Origin: Candidatus Iainarchaeum sp.
Lineage (GTDB): Archaea; Iainarchaeota; Iainarchaeia; Iainarchaeales; UBA10219
NCBI GenBank assembly: GCA_018304425.1
Contig: JAGVWE010000006.1
Coordinates: 3,175 to 67,174, forward strand
Direction: 5' to 3'
Length of the DNA: 64,000 nt
Shown here in pieces: positions 1 to 8,434 of the stretch. The first letter of the stretch is position 1. Each line of letters opens with the position of its first letter. A model generated the notes under the pieces. That model made no database searches and was not told where the DNA came from. It saw only the letters and a list, made by a program, of their open reading frames with translations. A program made the translations under genes and the position numbers.

Positions 1-2
1 TC

Positions 3-962
3 AGTGAGAGCCGGGTACTGGTCACGGGAGTGAACGGCTTTGTCGGGGGATGGGTGGCCAGGCAGTTGCTCAACGAGGGCGCGGAAGTGACGGGGCTGGT
101 GAGGCACCCGACAAAAGACCGGGTGCTGCGGCTTCATTTAATCGAGGGCGAGGTCAGGCTACGCAAAGGCAATATAACCGACGCAAAAGGCGTTTTCGAG
201 GCGTTTAAAGCCGTACGGCCCGATGCGGTGGTGCACCTGGCGGCCCAGGCCTCGGCCCGCGTGCAAGGCAATGGCTTGGAGACCGAGCGCGTGAACGTCG
301 AGGGCACGGTGAACGTGTTGAACGCCTGCGTGGCCCTGGGCATTGAGAACGTGGTCGTGGCTTCCACGGGGAAAGCGTATGGCGAGCACGACCGGAAGCG
401 GGTCACGGAAGCAGGTGCCCTCCAAGCGCAGTCCGTGTACGGAGCCAGTAAGGCAGCCATGGACTTGTTGTCGCGGGCGTTCGCGGAGACGTATGGCTTG
501 AACCTTGCCGTGACGCGGTGTGGCAACGTGTATGGGCCCATGGACTTGTCCGCCGGCCGGTTGATTCCTTCCACGACGCTGAAGGCCTTGCGTGGAAGGA
601 AACCGGTCATCAACAACCGGGAGGCGAAGCGGGACTTCGTCTTCGTGAAGGACGTCGCGCGGGCCTATGCCCGCATCCTGGAAAGGATTGAACGGAGAAA
701 CGTGGCCGGGGAAGCGTTCAACCTCGCTTCCGGCAAGCAGCAACGCGTGGTGGACGTGGTGGAGCGCATTGGCGCGTTGACGGGGTGCCAGGCGAAACCG
801 GTTTTCAACCGGCTGGCAAGCGTCGAAGAACAGGAGCCGCTTTTCTCGGTGGAGAAGGCGGGGCGCGTGCTGGGCTGGAAGGCGGAAACGGGCTTCAGCG
901 AAGGGCTGGCAAGAACCGTTGAATGGATTAAGGAGAATAAATCGCTTTATCGGCCGAAATAA
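3..962 (+). CDS. NAD-dependent epimerase/dehydratase (GDP-mannose/CDP-glucose 4,6-dehydratase-like), 5' end outside the window
   Basis: Frame is open from position 3 (SESRVLVTGVNGFVG, Rossmann motif), so the start lies upstream. Also YGASK catalytic motif, RCGNVYGP and RDFVFVKD. Confidence 0.88.
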   Translation, partial: SESRVLVTGVNGFVGGWVARQLLNEGAEVTGLVRHPTKDRVLRLHLIEGEVRLRKGNITDAKGVFEAFKAVRPDAVVHLAAQASARVQGNGLETERVNVEGTVNVLNACVALGIENVVVASTGKAYGEHDRKRVTEAGALQAQSVYGASKAAMDLLSRAFAETYGLNLAVTRCGNVYGPMDLSAGRLIPSTTLKALRGRKPVINNREAKRDFVFVKDVARAYARILERIERRNVAGEAFNLASGKQQRVVDVVERIGALTGCQAKPVFNRLASVEEQEPLFSVEKAGRVLGWKAETGFSEGLARTVEWIKENKSLYRPK

Positions 963-1046
963 GGCGTTTGCTGGGTTTGTTTAAATAATTATTGCTGCAG
1001 TAATTGGTAACTTGCCCGCGGGAAGGGCAGGACTGTTTGAGGAGGC

Positions 1047-1490
1047 ATGGCATTGGTTGAGGGCGCAAGTCTGAAGCACATCCAGGTTGAAGGCGTTATC
1101 AGCGGAATGGACTTCGAGGACGGGGTCGTAATTGTCCAGGGCCCTGACGAGAAATACTTGAACAGCATCCTGGCCTTGTGCAAGCGCCGCTTCAACCAGT
1201 TCATGGTGGTTTCCAAGCAGAACCCCGCGGCAGCGGTGGAAGCGCTGCCCGTGCGCGAGATGACACACATCCTGACGGATGATGTGGAAGTAAAGGAGAA
1301 ATGCTCCATCCACTTCTCGGGTCCGGTGCACGCGGAATTCGAGTTCAGCGAGCAGGCCGGCATCCTGGCAGTCAACTTCACCAAGAAAGAGCTGGGTTCC
1401 TCCGGCAAGAAGGCAGGCGCGCCCCCCTCTGACTGGCTGGGCGGCCTCACGAAGAAGAAAGAGGAAAAGCCGGCCGCGCCCACGGCCTGA
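1047..1490 (+). CDS. hypothetical protein (147 aa, Lys/Pro-rich tail)
   Basis: GAGGAGG RBS directly before ATG, typical codon usage, fills the gap between two sugar genes. No recognisable domain. Confidence 0.75.
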   Translation: MALVEGASLKHIQVEGVISGMDFEDGVVIVQGPDEKYLNSILALCKRRFNQFMVVSKQNPAAAVEALPVREMTHILTDDVEVKEKCSIHFSGPVHAEFEFSEQAGILAVNFTKKELGSSGKKAGAPPSDWLGGLTKKKEEKPAAPTA

Positions 1491-1528
1491 GATTCTTTTT
1501 GCGTGGATAGTGAGGGTGAGTCAAGAAC

Positions 1529-2503
1529 ATGAGGCAAATCCTGGTCACGGGTGGCGCGGGCTTCATTGGCAGCAACTTCATCCGCTACTTGATGCAGGCA
1601 CAGCCCGGCATCCGCGTGGTGAACCTCGACAAGCTGACGTATGCGGGCAACAAGGACAACCTGCGGGACCTCGAACGAAACCCCCGCTACCGGTTCATCA
1701 AAGGCGATATATGCCTCCGGTACGCCGTAAAACAGGCGATTAAGGGGTGCGATGCGGTCATCAACTTCGCGGCGGAGAGCCACGTGGACCGGAGCATCCA
1801 CGACCCCATGCCCTTCGTGCGCACCGACATCCAGGGAACCCTGAACCTATTGGAGGAAGCCAGGACGCACAAGGTGGAACGATTCATTCAAATCTCGACC
1901 GACGAAGTGTATGGCTCCGTGGAAAAGGGTTCTTCCAGGGAAACCGATGCCTTGAAGCCGCGCAACCCCTACAGCGCGTCCAAGGCTGGCGCGGACTTGC
2001 TGGCCCTGAGTTATTTCACGACCTATGGCTTGCCGGTCCTGGTCACGCGGAGCTCCAACAACTTTGGCCCCTACCAATTTCCGGAAAAAATCGTGCCCCT
2101 GTTCCTCACCAACCTCTTGCGGGGCCGGAAGGTTCCCTTGTATGGGGATGGCAAAAACGTGCGCGACTGGCTGTACGTCTTGGACAACTGCACGGCCATT
2201 GAAAGGGTGTTGCTGGACGGCAAGCCCGGGGAAGTCTACAATGTGGGGGGCGGGAACGAAGTCAAGAACATCGATTTGGCGCGGCGACTGCTGAAGGGGC
2301 TGGGCCTGGACGAGGAAAGGATTGAGTGGGTGAAGGACCGGCCGGGCCACGACCGGCGCTACTCGTTGGACAGTTCGAAGATTAAGAAGCTCGGCTGGAA
2401 GCCCGCGCACAAGTTCGGGGACGCGTTAAAGGCCACCATGGACTGGTACAAGGCCCATAATGCCTGGTGGGAGCCATTGGTGCACAAGGGGAGAAACGCG
2501 TGA
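1529..2503 (+). CDS. rfbB: dTDP-glucose 4,6-dehydratase
   Basis: GGAGFIGSNF, DKLTYAGN, FAAESHVDRSI, STDEVYG, YSASKA, DRPGHDRRY. Confidence 0.96.
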   Translation: MRQILVTGGAGFIGSNFIRYLMQAQPGIRVVNLDKLTYAGNKDNLRDLERNPRYRFIKGDICLRYAVKQAIKGCDAVINFAAESHVDRSIHDPMPFVRTDIQGTLNLLEEARTHKVERFIQISTDEVYGSVEKGSSRETDALKPRNPYSASKAGADLLALSYFTTYGLPVLVTRSSNNFGPYQFPEKIVPLFLTNLLRGRKVPLYGDGKNVRDWLYVLDNCTAIERVLLDGKPGEVYNVGGGNEVKNIDLARRLLKGLGLDEERIEWVKDRPGHDRRYSLDSSKIKKLGWKPAHKFGDALKATMDWYKAHNAWWEPLVHKGRNA

Positions 2504-3234
2504 AGGGCGTGATTTTGGCGGGGGGCACCGGTTCGCGGCTGATGCCGCTGACGAAAGTAACCAACAAGCACCTGCTGCCGGTGTATGACCGGCCGATGAT
2601 TTTTTATCCCCTGCAGACCTTGAAGGACGCGGGCATCAAGGACATTTTGGTGGTAACGGGAATGCATCACGCCAGCGCGGTGTCCGCGCTGCTGGGTTCC
2701 GGGAAAGAGTATGGCGTGCGGTTTTCCTACAAGCTGCAGAAAGAGGCGGGCGGGCTCCCGCAGGCCATCGCCTTGGCCGAGGACTTCGTCGGCGGAGGCA
2801 AATTCGTGTCCATCAACGGCGACAACCTCTTGTTCGAGAACATCAAGCCCTTCGTCAAGAAATTCGCGAAAGGGCGGGAACAGGCCCGCATCCTGCTGGC
2901 GAAAACCACGCGCGAAGAGGCGAAGAAGGCCGGGGTGGCCGTGTTCAAGCGGGGAAAGATTGTCGACCTGGTCGAGAAGCCGAAGGACCCGCCCACGAAC
3001 TGGGTGAGCATTGGCGTGTATATGTATGGCCCCGATGTCTTTGACATTATCCGGACGCTGAAGCCGTCCAAGCGCGGGGAGCTGGAGATAACGGACGTGA
3101 ACCGCGCCTATTTGGCGCGCGGGACGCTGAAGTACGACCGGCTCCGCAAGGGCTGGATGGATGCCGGAACGATTGACGAGCTGTGGCGGGCGAACAGGGT
3201 CATGCGGGAATTGACGCGTAAAGCCCGCCAATAG
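2500..3234 (+). CDS. rfbA: glucose-1-phosphate thymidylyltransferase (short RfbA/SpsI type)
   Basis: GTG at 2500 overlaps the rfbB stop (GTGA). KGVILAGGTGSRLMPLT, NKHLLPVYDRPM, EKP, RGELEITDVN, WMDAGT. Confidence 0.93.
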   Translation: MKGVILAGGTGSRLMPLTKVTNKHLLPVYDRPMIFYPLQTLKDAGIKDILVVTGMHHASAVSALLGSGKEYGVRFSYKLQKEAGGLPQAIALAEDFVGGGKFVSINGDNLLFENIKPFVKKFAKGREQARILLAKTTREEAKKAGVAVFKRGKIVDLVEKPKDPPTNWVSIGVYMYGPDVFDIIRTLKPSKRGELEITDVNRAYLARGTLKYDRLRKGWMDAGTIDELWRANRVMRELTRKARQ

Positions 3235-3270
3235 ACGCAATGAAAGGGTTTTACTGGTACAATGGTCGAA

Positions 3271-3291
3271 GAAAAATAATAAGTATATATA
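3271..3291 (+). promoter_or_regulatory. probable archaeal BRE/TATA promoter of the radical SAM gene
   Basis: AT-rich GAAAAATAATAAGTATATATA in a GC-rich background, about 45 nt before ATG 3334. Confidence 0.55.
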
Positions 3292-3333
3292 GGGGTAGGC
3301 CGTTATCTTAGTAGAACAAGGGGAGCTTGCAGG

Positions 3334-4785
3334 ATGAGACTCAAGGTTTTGACGCTTAATCCGCCGTTTTTTCCCAAGTACTCGCGGGAATCGCGCTCGC
3401 CTTCGGTGACCAAGGGCGGCACGACCTATTACCCGATGTGGCTCGCGTATGCCACGGGCGTGCTGATGAAGGAAGGCTTCAACACCCGGATGGTGGATGC
3501 CGCGGGGGCCTGCAAGACCAAGGAAGAGGTAACGGACATCATCCGGCACATGAAGCCCGATTACATCGTCACCTACACCTCGACGGGTTCGGTGGTGAAC
3601 GACGCGGAATACATCCAGAGCGTGAAGGATGAGGGCCTGGACTTTTACTCGGTGTTCGTGGGGCCGCACGCGACCGCGACCCCGGTGGAGACCCTGAAAC
3701 TCAATGACGCCATGGACGCGGTTGCGCGAAGCGAGTTCGACTACATCGTGCGCGACCTGGCGTTCGAGCTGGAAAAGGGCCAGCCGGACTTGTCAAAGGT
3801 CCGGGGCCTCAGCTTCAAGGGCTCGGACGGAAAAATCAGGCACAACGAGCCCATGGACCCCATCGAGAACCTGGATGAGATCCCCTTCGTGTCCAAGGTC
3901 TACAAGCGGTTCCTGAACATCTGGGATTACTTTTACTCGGCCAACCTGTATCCGGAAGTGCAGATTGTCACGGGCCGGGGCTGCCCGTATAGGTGCACGT
4001 TCTGCCACTGGCCGCAGACCATGACCGGGAGAAAGTTCCGGACGCGCTCCATCGAAAACGTGATGGACGAGTTCGACTACATCGAGAAGACCTTTCCGGG
4101 CCTGGGCGAGGTGTTTTTGGAGGATGACACGTTCACGCAGGACCGCAAGCGCGTCAAGGAATTCTGCGAGGCGAAGGCCAGGCACGGCAACGGGCTGGTG
4201 TGGAGTTGTAACGCGCGCGCGGACGTGGACTTGGAGACCTTGAAGGCCATGAAAACCGCGAACTGCCGGCTGGTCTGCGTGGGCATCGAGTCCGGCGTCC
4301 AGGAAGTCCTGAACAACGTCAAGAAGGGCACGACCGTGGAGGGCATCCGCAAGTTTTTCAAGAACACCAAGGAAGCCAATGTCCTGGTGCACGGCTGCTT
4401 CATGCTGGGCAACAAGGGCGACACCAAGGACACGATCAAGAAGACCATCGAGTTCGCGAAGGAGTTGAACCCGGACACGAGCCAGTTCTTTCCCTTGATG
4501 GTGTACCCGGGCACGGAAGCCTATGAGTGGGCCAAGGAACAGGGGCACCTGAAGACCAATGACTACGCGCAGTGGCTGAACGCGGAGGGAGGGCACAACA
4601 CCATCATCGATAGGCCGGGGTTGACGCACGAGGAACTCGTGCAGATGTGCAACGACGCGCGCACGGAATATTATTTCAGGCCCAACTACATGGCGACCAA
4701 GGTCAAGCAGGTGCTGACCCTGCCCATGGAAAGGCGCCGCATCCTCAAGGCGTTCCAGGTGTTCGTCAAGCAGTTGGGCAAGTAA
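3334..4785 (+). CDS. B12-binding domain radical SAM enzyme, HpnJ-like
   Basis: N-terminal LNPP...YYPMWLAYATGVL and VGPHAT (B12-binding-type domain). GRGCPYRCTFC (CxxxCxxC), EDDTFT, VGIESG, HGCFMLG, YPGT. Confidence 0.88.
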   Translation: MRLKVLTLNPPFFPKYSRESRSPSVTKGGTTYYPMWLAYATGVLMKEGFNTRMVDAAGACKTKEEVTDIIRHMKPDYIVTYTSTGSVVNDAEYIQSVKDEGLDFYSVFVGPHATATPVETLKLNDAMDAVARSEFDYIVRDLAFELEKGQPDLSKVRGLSFKGSDGKIRHNEPMDPIENLDEIPFVSKVYKRFLNIWDYFYSANLYPEVQIVTGRGCPYRCTFCHWPQTMTGRKFRTRSIENVMDEFDYIEKTFPGLGEVFLEDDTFTQDRKRVKEFCEAKARHGNGLVWSCNARADVDLETLKAMKTANCRLVCVGIESGVQEVLNNVKKGTTVEGIRKFFKNTKEANVLVHGCFMLGNKGDTKDTIKKTIEFAKELNPDTSQFFPLMVYPGTEAYEWAKEQGHLKTNDYAQWLNAEGGHNTIIDRPGLTHEELVQMCNDARTEYYFRPNYMATKVKQVLTLPMERRRILKAFQVFVKQLGK

Positions 4786-4840
4786 GCCGGTTTGAATCCT
4801 TCAACCCAAGCCTTTTATTCTCTTTTTCCCTAATGGGGGC

Positions 4841-6502
4841 GTGAAGCCCAAGCTCAAACCCATCCAAGCCGTTGCCCGCAAGGCCGGCCTCCCCCTTGCT
4901 TTTCTCGAGCCCTATGGCAGGGGCAAGGCCAAAATCGATTGGCGGGTGTTAAAGCGCTTGAAAGGCCGGAAGGACGGCAAGCTCATCCTGGTTTCCTCCA
5001 TGAACCCCACCCGCTTTGGAGAGGGAAAAACCGTGACCACTATCGGATTAGCGCAGGCGTTGGCGCGGCTGGGCAAGAAGGCCCTGATTTGCCTGCGGCA
5101 GCCCAGCATGGGCCCGGTGTTTGGCGTGAAGGGCGGGGCCACGGGTGGCGGGAAGTCGAAGGTCGAGCCCGCTGAAGACATTAATTTGATGTTCACGGGC
5201 GACATCGCCGCGGTCTCGGCAGCTGCGAACCTGTTGGCGGCCCTCATTGACAATCACTTGGCGCGCGGCAACAAACTGGGGCTGGACCCGGATCGGATTG
5301 CGTGGCCGCGCGCCCTGGACGTGAACGACCGCGCCTTGCGCGATATCACGGTGTGCCAGGGAACCAACGTGTGCGTGGAACACGAAAGCCATTTCGTGAT
5401 TTCCGCGGCCTCGGAGGTCATGGCGTGCCTGTGCCTGGCAAACGACTTGACGGAGTTGAAGGAGATGCTGGGAAGCATTGTGGTCGGTTACTCTCGGAAG
5501 GGAGGGACCGTGCGTGCGGTGCGCGCGCGGCAGTTGAAGGCGGCTGGGGCCATGGCGGCCATTCTCCGCGATGCCTTGAAGCCCAACCTCGTGCAGTCCA
5601 CGGAGGGCATACCTGCCTTCGTGCACGGAGGACCTTTCGCAAACATCGCGCACGGCACCAACTCGGTGCTCGCGACCCGGCTGGCGTTGAAGCTGGCCCA
5701 TGGAGGCCATGTGGTAACCGAGGCCGGCTTTGGCTCGGACCTGGGTCTGGAAAAGTTCATGGACATCGTTTCCAGGAAAGCCGGTTATAAGCCGGATTGC
5801 GTGGTTTTAGTGGCTTCGTTGAAGGCTTTGAAGCACCATGGCGGGGCTAGGGAACCGGAGAAACGGAATCAGGCGGCGCTGGAGCAGGGGTTTGCCAACC
5901 TCGAAAAGCATGTGGAGAACGCGGCCTTGTTCGGTTTGCCGTGTGTCGTGGCCATCAACCGCTTCCCGCTGGACTCCGCGCAGGAAACCGAGTGGGTCCG
6001 GGGAAAATGCGCCGCACTGGGCGTGGAAGCGGTTCCATCCAGGGTGTTCGCGGAGGGTGGAAGAGGTGGGGAGGAGTTGGCGCGCGCGGTGCTGAAGGCG
6101 GTGCAGCGACCAGGGCAGCGGCCTGGGAGGGCGCACGCCCTGTATTCCTTGCAGTGGCCGTTGAAGAAAAAAATCGAGGCCATTGCCACGCATGTGTATG
6201 GCGCTGGCAGGGTGACGTTTTCGGCGGAGGCACGCAGGGACTTGAAGCGGCTGGAGGCGCTCGGCTTTGGCCGGCTGCCCGTGTGCGTGTCCAAGACGCA
6301 GTACTCGTTGAGCGATGACCCTGAAAAACGGGGGAGGCCGCGCGGGTTTTCGCTGCGCGTGCGCGGGGCCCAGGTTTCGGCGGGAGCCGGCTTCGTCGTC
6401 GTGTACGTCGGTGACCTGATTTCCTTGCCGGGTCTGCCGGAAAAACCGGCCGCAGAAAGGATGGACGTCGACGAGAAAGGCGAGGTCACGGGCTTGTTTT
6501 AG
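4841..6502 (+). CDS. fhs: formate--tetrahydrofolate ligase
   Basis: PTRFGEGKTVT, LRQPSMGPVFGVKGGATGGG, HGGPFANIAHG, VTEAGFGSDLGLEKF, KTQYSLSDDP, terminal GLF. Confidence 0.97.
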   Translation: MKPKLKPIQAVARKAGLPLAFLEPYGRGKAKIDWRVLKRLKGRKDGKLILVSSMNPTRFGEGKTVTTIGLAQALARLGKKALICLRQPSMGPVFGVKGGATGGGKSKVEPAEDINLMFTGDIAAVSAAANLLAALIDNHLARGNKLGLDPDRIAWPRALDVNDRALRDITVCQGTNVCVEHESHFVISAASEVMACLCLANDLTELKEMLGSIVVGYSRKGGTVRAVRARQLKAAGAMAAILRDALKPNLVQSTEGIPAFVHGGPFANIAHGTNSVLATRLALKLAHGGHVVTEAGFGSDLGLEKFMDIVSRKAGYKPDCVVLVASLKALKHHGGAREPEKRNQAALEQGFANLEKHVENAALFGLPCVVAINRFPLDSAQETEWVRGKCAALGVEAVPSRVFAEGGRGGEELARAVLKAVQRPGQRPGRAHALYSLQWPLKKKIEAIATHVYGAGRVTFSAEARRDLKRLEALGFGRLPVCVSKTQYSLSDDPEKRGRPRGFSLRVRGAQVSAGAGFVVVYVGDLISLPGLPEKPAAERMDVDEKGEVTGLF

Positions 6503-6596
6503 GCGCACCGGAAATGCGGTTGGTTGCGACTTTTTAAAGGGGTGGTGGCATAGCCCATTGGCTGGCTCCGTTTCGCCTATGAGGAGGGAATAGGCT

Positions 6597-7012
6597 ATGC
6601 GGCGGATTTACCTGGACACGAACGTGTTCATCTCCTGGGTCCAAATAGAACTTGGAAAGGGATGGCGGGGGCTCTTTTCGGAAGCGGAATTATTCATGGA
6701 CAAAGTAAAGCCGGCGGAGATATTGTAGTGCTCTCAGACTGGTTTTTTGCCGAAGTTGAACGGGCGGGGTACTGGACCAGGCTGGAAGTATTGCACCATT
6801 TCGAGAAGAACGGCGTGAACGTAGAGATAGTTGAACCTAAAGCACAATTGAACGTAAGAGAATGGCAGAGGTTAGGCATTCCACGGTCTGATGCGGTACA
6901 CGCCGCAATTGCGGCGTATGCCCGATGCGATTGCCTCGTCACATTTAACGTCCGGGATTTCGAGCCAGCTTAAAGCAGAATAAAGGTTTATGAGCCAAAA
7001 GACTATTCGTAA
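6597..7012 (+). pseudogene. PIN-domain (VapC-like) toxin with a frameshift and a premature stop
   Basis: GAGGAGG RBS then ATG 6597 gives MRRIYLDTNVFI, which stops at 6728. The PIN sequence continues in the -1 frame (IVVLSDWFFAEV...DAVHAAIA...LVTFNVRDF) to TAA 6971-6973, followed by an in-frame tail SRIKVYEPKDYS to 7012. Confidence 0.82.
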
Positions 7013-7305
7013 ACCCAACCCTTTTCCTTCATGTATTCCTTTGCCCATTTGTTGCGTTGGGCCTTGGTTGGTTTGCGGCCATTCCATCCCCTGGACCTTG
7101 CGATGGCTGCAAGCGCTTGAGCGGATTCATGGAGGGCTAACAGGCTGGGGTTATCCTTAATCAATTCAACATAGTTTTTCCGGATGGAATCCTTAATGAA
7201 CTCGCTGCGGGAAGAATACAATTTGGATCGTGCAATGAGGTCATCCAGCGTGCGCGCGTAATCGGCGTTCACGGCAACCGTCAGCATCTTCGTCTTCCCC
7301 GCCAT
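7003..7305 (-). CDS. ribbon-helix-helix (CopG family) regulator / antitoxin-like protein
   Basis: MLTVAVN...LDDLIARSKLYSSRSEFIKDSIR is the RHH signature (YxSRSEFIRxAIR). Confidence 0.85.
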   Translation of the reverse strand: MAGKTKMLTVAVNADYARTLDDLIARSKLYSSRSEFIKDSIRKNYVELIKDNPSLLALHESAQALAAIARSRGWNGRKPTKAQRNKWAKEYMKEKGWVYE

Positions 7306-7306
7306 G

Positions 7307-7329
7307 ATAACCTGTTAATAACAGGCTAT
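7307..7329. promoter_or_regulatory. palindromic operator upstream of the RHH gene
   Basis: CCTGTTA-A-TAACAGG perfect inverted repeat (7311-7325), between a minus-strand TTTAATA box and the start codon. Confidence 0.65.
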
Positions 7330-7456
7330 TAAAGCCCTTTCGGTCGGGTTTTAAGGCCGCGAACCGCCTGTTCTTCCAGGATTGTACCAAACCCTTATTA
7401 TTTAAGGCTTCGCCAAGGAGAGTATGAAAGGCGTTTAACGGGTTCTAGGTGCTTGA

Positions 7457-8434
7457 ATGGGCTTACAGGCGAGCGTCATCATCCCGGTCTACAACGGGGC
7501 GGAAACCATTGCGGCCTGCATCGACTCGGCGTTGAAGCAGGACTTCAAGAGCCGGTACGAGGTCATTGTCGTCGACGACGGCAGCACGGACCAGACCGGG
7601 GAAATCGTGGAAGGCTTTGGCCGAAAAGTCAAACTGATTTCCCAAAAGAACCGGGGGCCCGCGGCTGCGCGCAACGCGGGCGCGAGGGCGGCAAAAGGCG
7701 AGTTCATCGTCTTCATGGACGACGACTGCCAGGCCGACAAGCATTGGCTGGCGGAAATGCTGTGGCCCTTTGAGAGCCCGGAAGTCGTGGGCGTCCAGGG
7801 CCGGTACAAGAACCGGCAACGCGAAATCGTGGCACGGCTCATCCACTTGGAGATAGCGGAACGGTATGAGAAGCTGCGCCAGCAACGGTTTGTCGACCAC
7901 ATTGGAACTTATTCGGCTGCCTACCGGAGGGAAACCTTTTTGAAGTGCAAGGGCTTCGACGAAAAGTTTTCGATTGCCTCCGGCGAAGACATTGACCTGA
8001 GTTACCGCCTCGCGGAAAAGGGGTTCAAGCTGGTGTTCAACTGGAATGCCGTGGTGTGGCACCAACACCCTACCTCTGCCTGGCACTACTTTAAGGTCAA
8101 GTTTTGGCGGGCCTACTGGCGCGTGCGGATGTACAAGAAACACAAACGGAAAATCGTGCAGGATTCCTATACCTCGCAGAACGTTAAACTGCAGATTGGC
8201 CTCTTTTACGTGTTTTTAATCGGCCTGGCAGGGCTTTTTTTCACGCAAAAGGCCTTGATAGTCGTGGCCCTGACGGCTTTGGCCTGGTTCCTGTCCATTA
8301 CCAAGTTCTGGGCCTATGCCCTCGGAAAAGACCCCCTGGTTGGGCTTATAACCCCGGTATTCCTGGCCATTAGGACCCTGGTGTTTGGCGTGGGCTTCGC
8401 CTATGGCGTGCTCCGGGAAGGGGTTCTTGGATGA
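7457..8434 (+). CDS. GT2 glycosyltransferase with C-terminal transmembrane helices
   Basis: SVIIPVYN, VDDGSTD, GPAAARNAG, FMDDDC, GFDE...GEDIDL, hydrophobic C-terminus. Confidence 0.93.
   Translation: MGLQASVIIPVYNGAETIAACIDSALKQDFKSRYEVIVVDDGSTDQTGEIVEGFGRKVKLISQKNRGPAAARNAGARAAKGEFIVFMDDDCQADKHWLAEMLWPFESPEVVGVQGRYKNRQREIVARLIHLEIAERYEKLRQQRFVDHIGTYSAAYRRETFLKCKGFDEKFSIASGEDIDLSYRLAEKGFKLVFNWNAVVWHQHPTSAWHYFKVKFWRAYWRVRMYKKHKRKIVQDSYTSQNVKLQIGLFYVFLIGLAGLFFTQKALIVVALTALAWFLSITKFWAYALGKDPLVGLITPVFLAIRTLVFGVGFAYGVLREGVLG

Noticed and set aside
6696-6728. Programmed -1 frameshift in the PIN gene
   Set aside because: There is no X-XXY-YYZ heptamer at the junction, and a second lesion (TAA 6971) favours decay.
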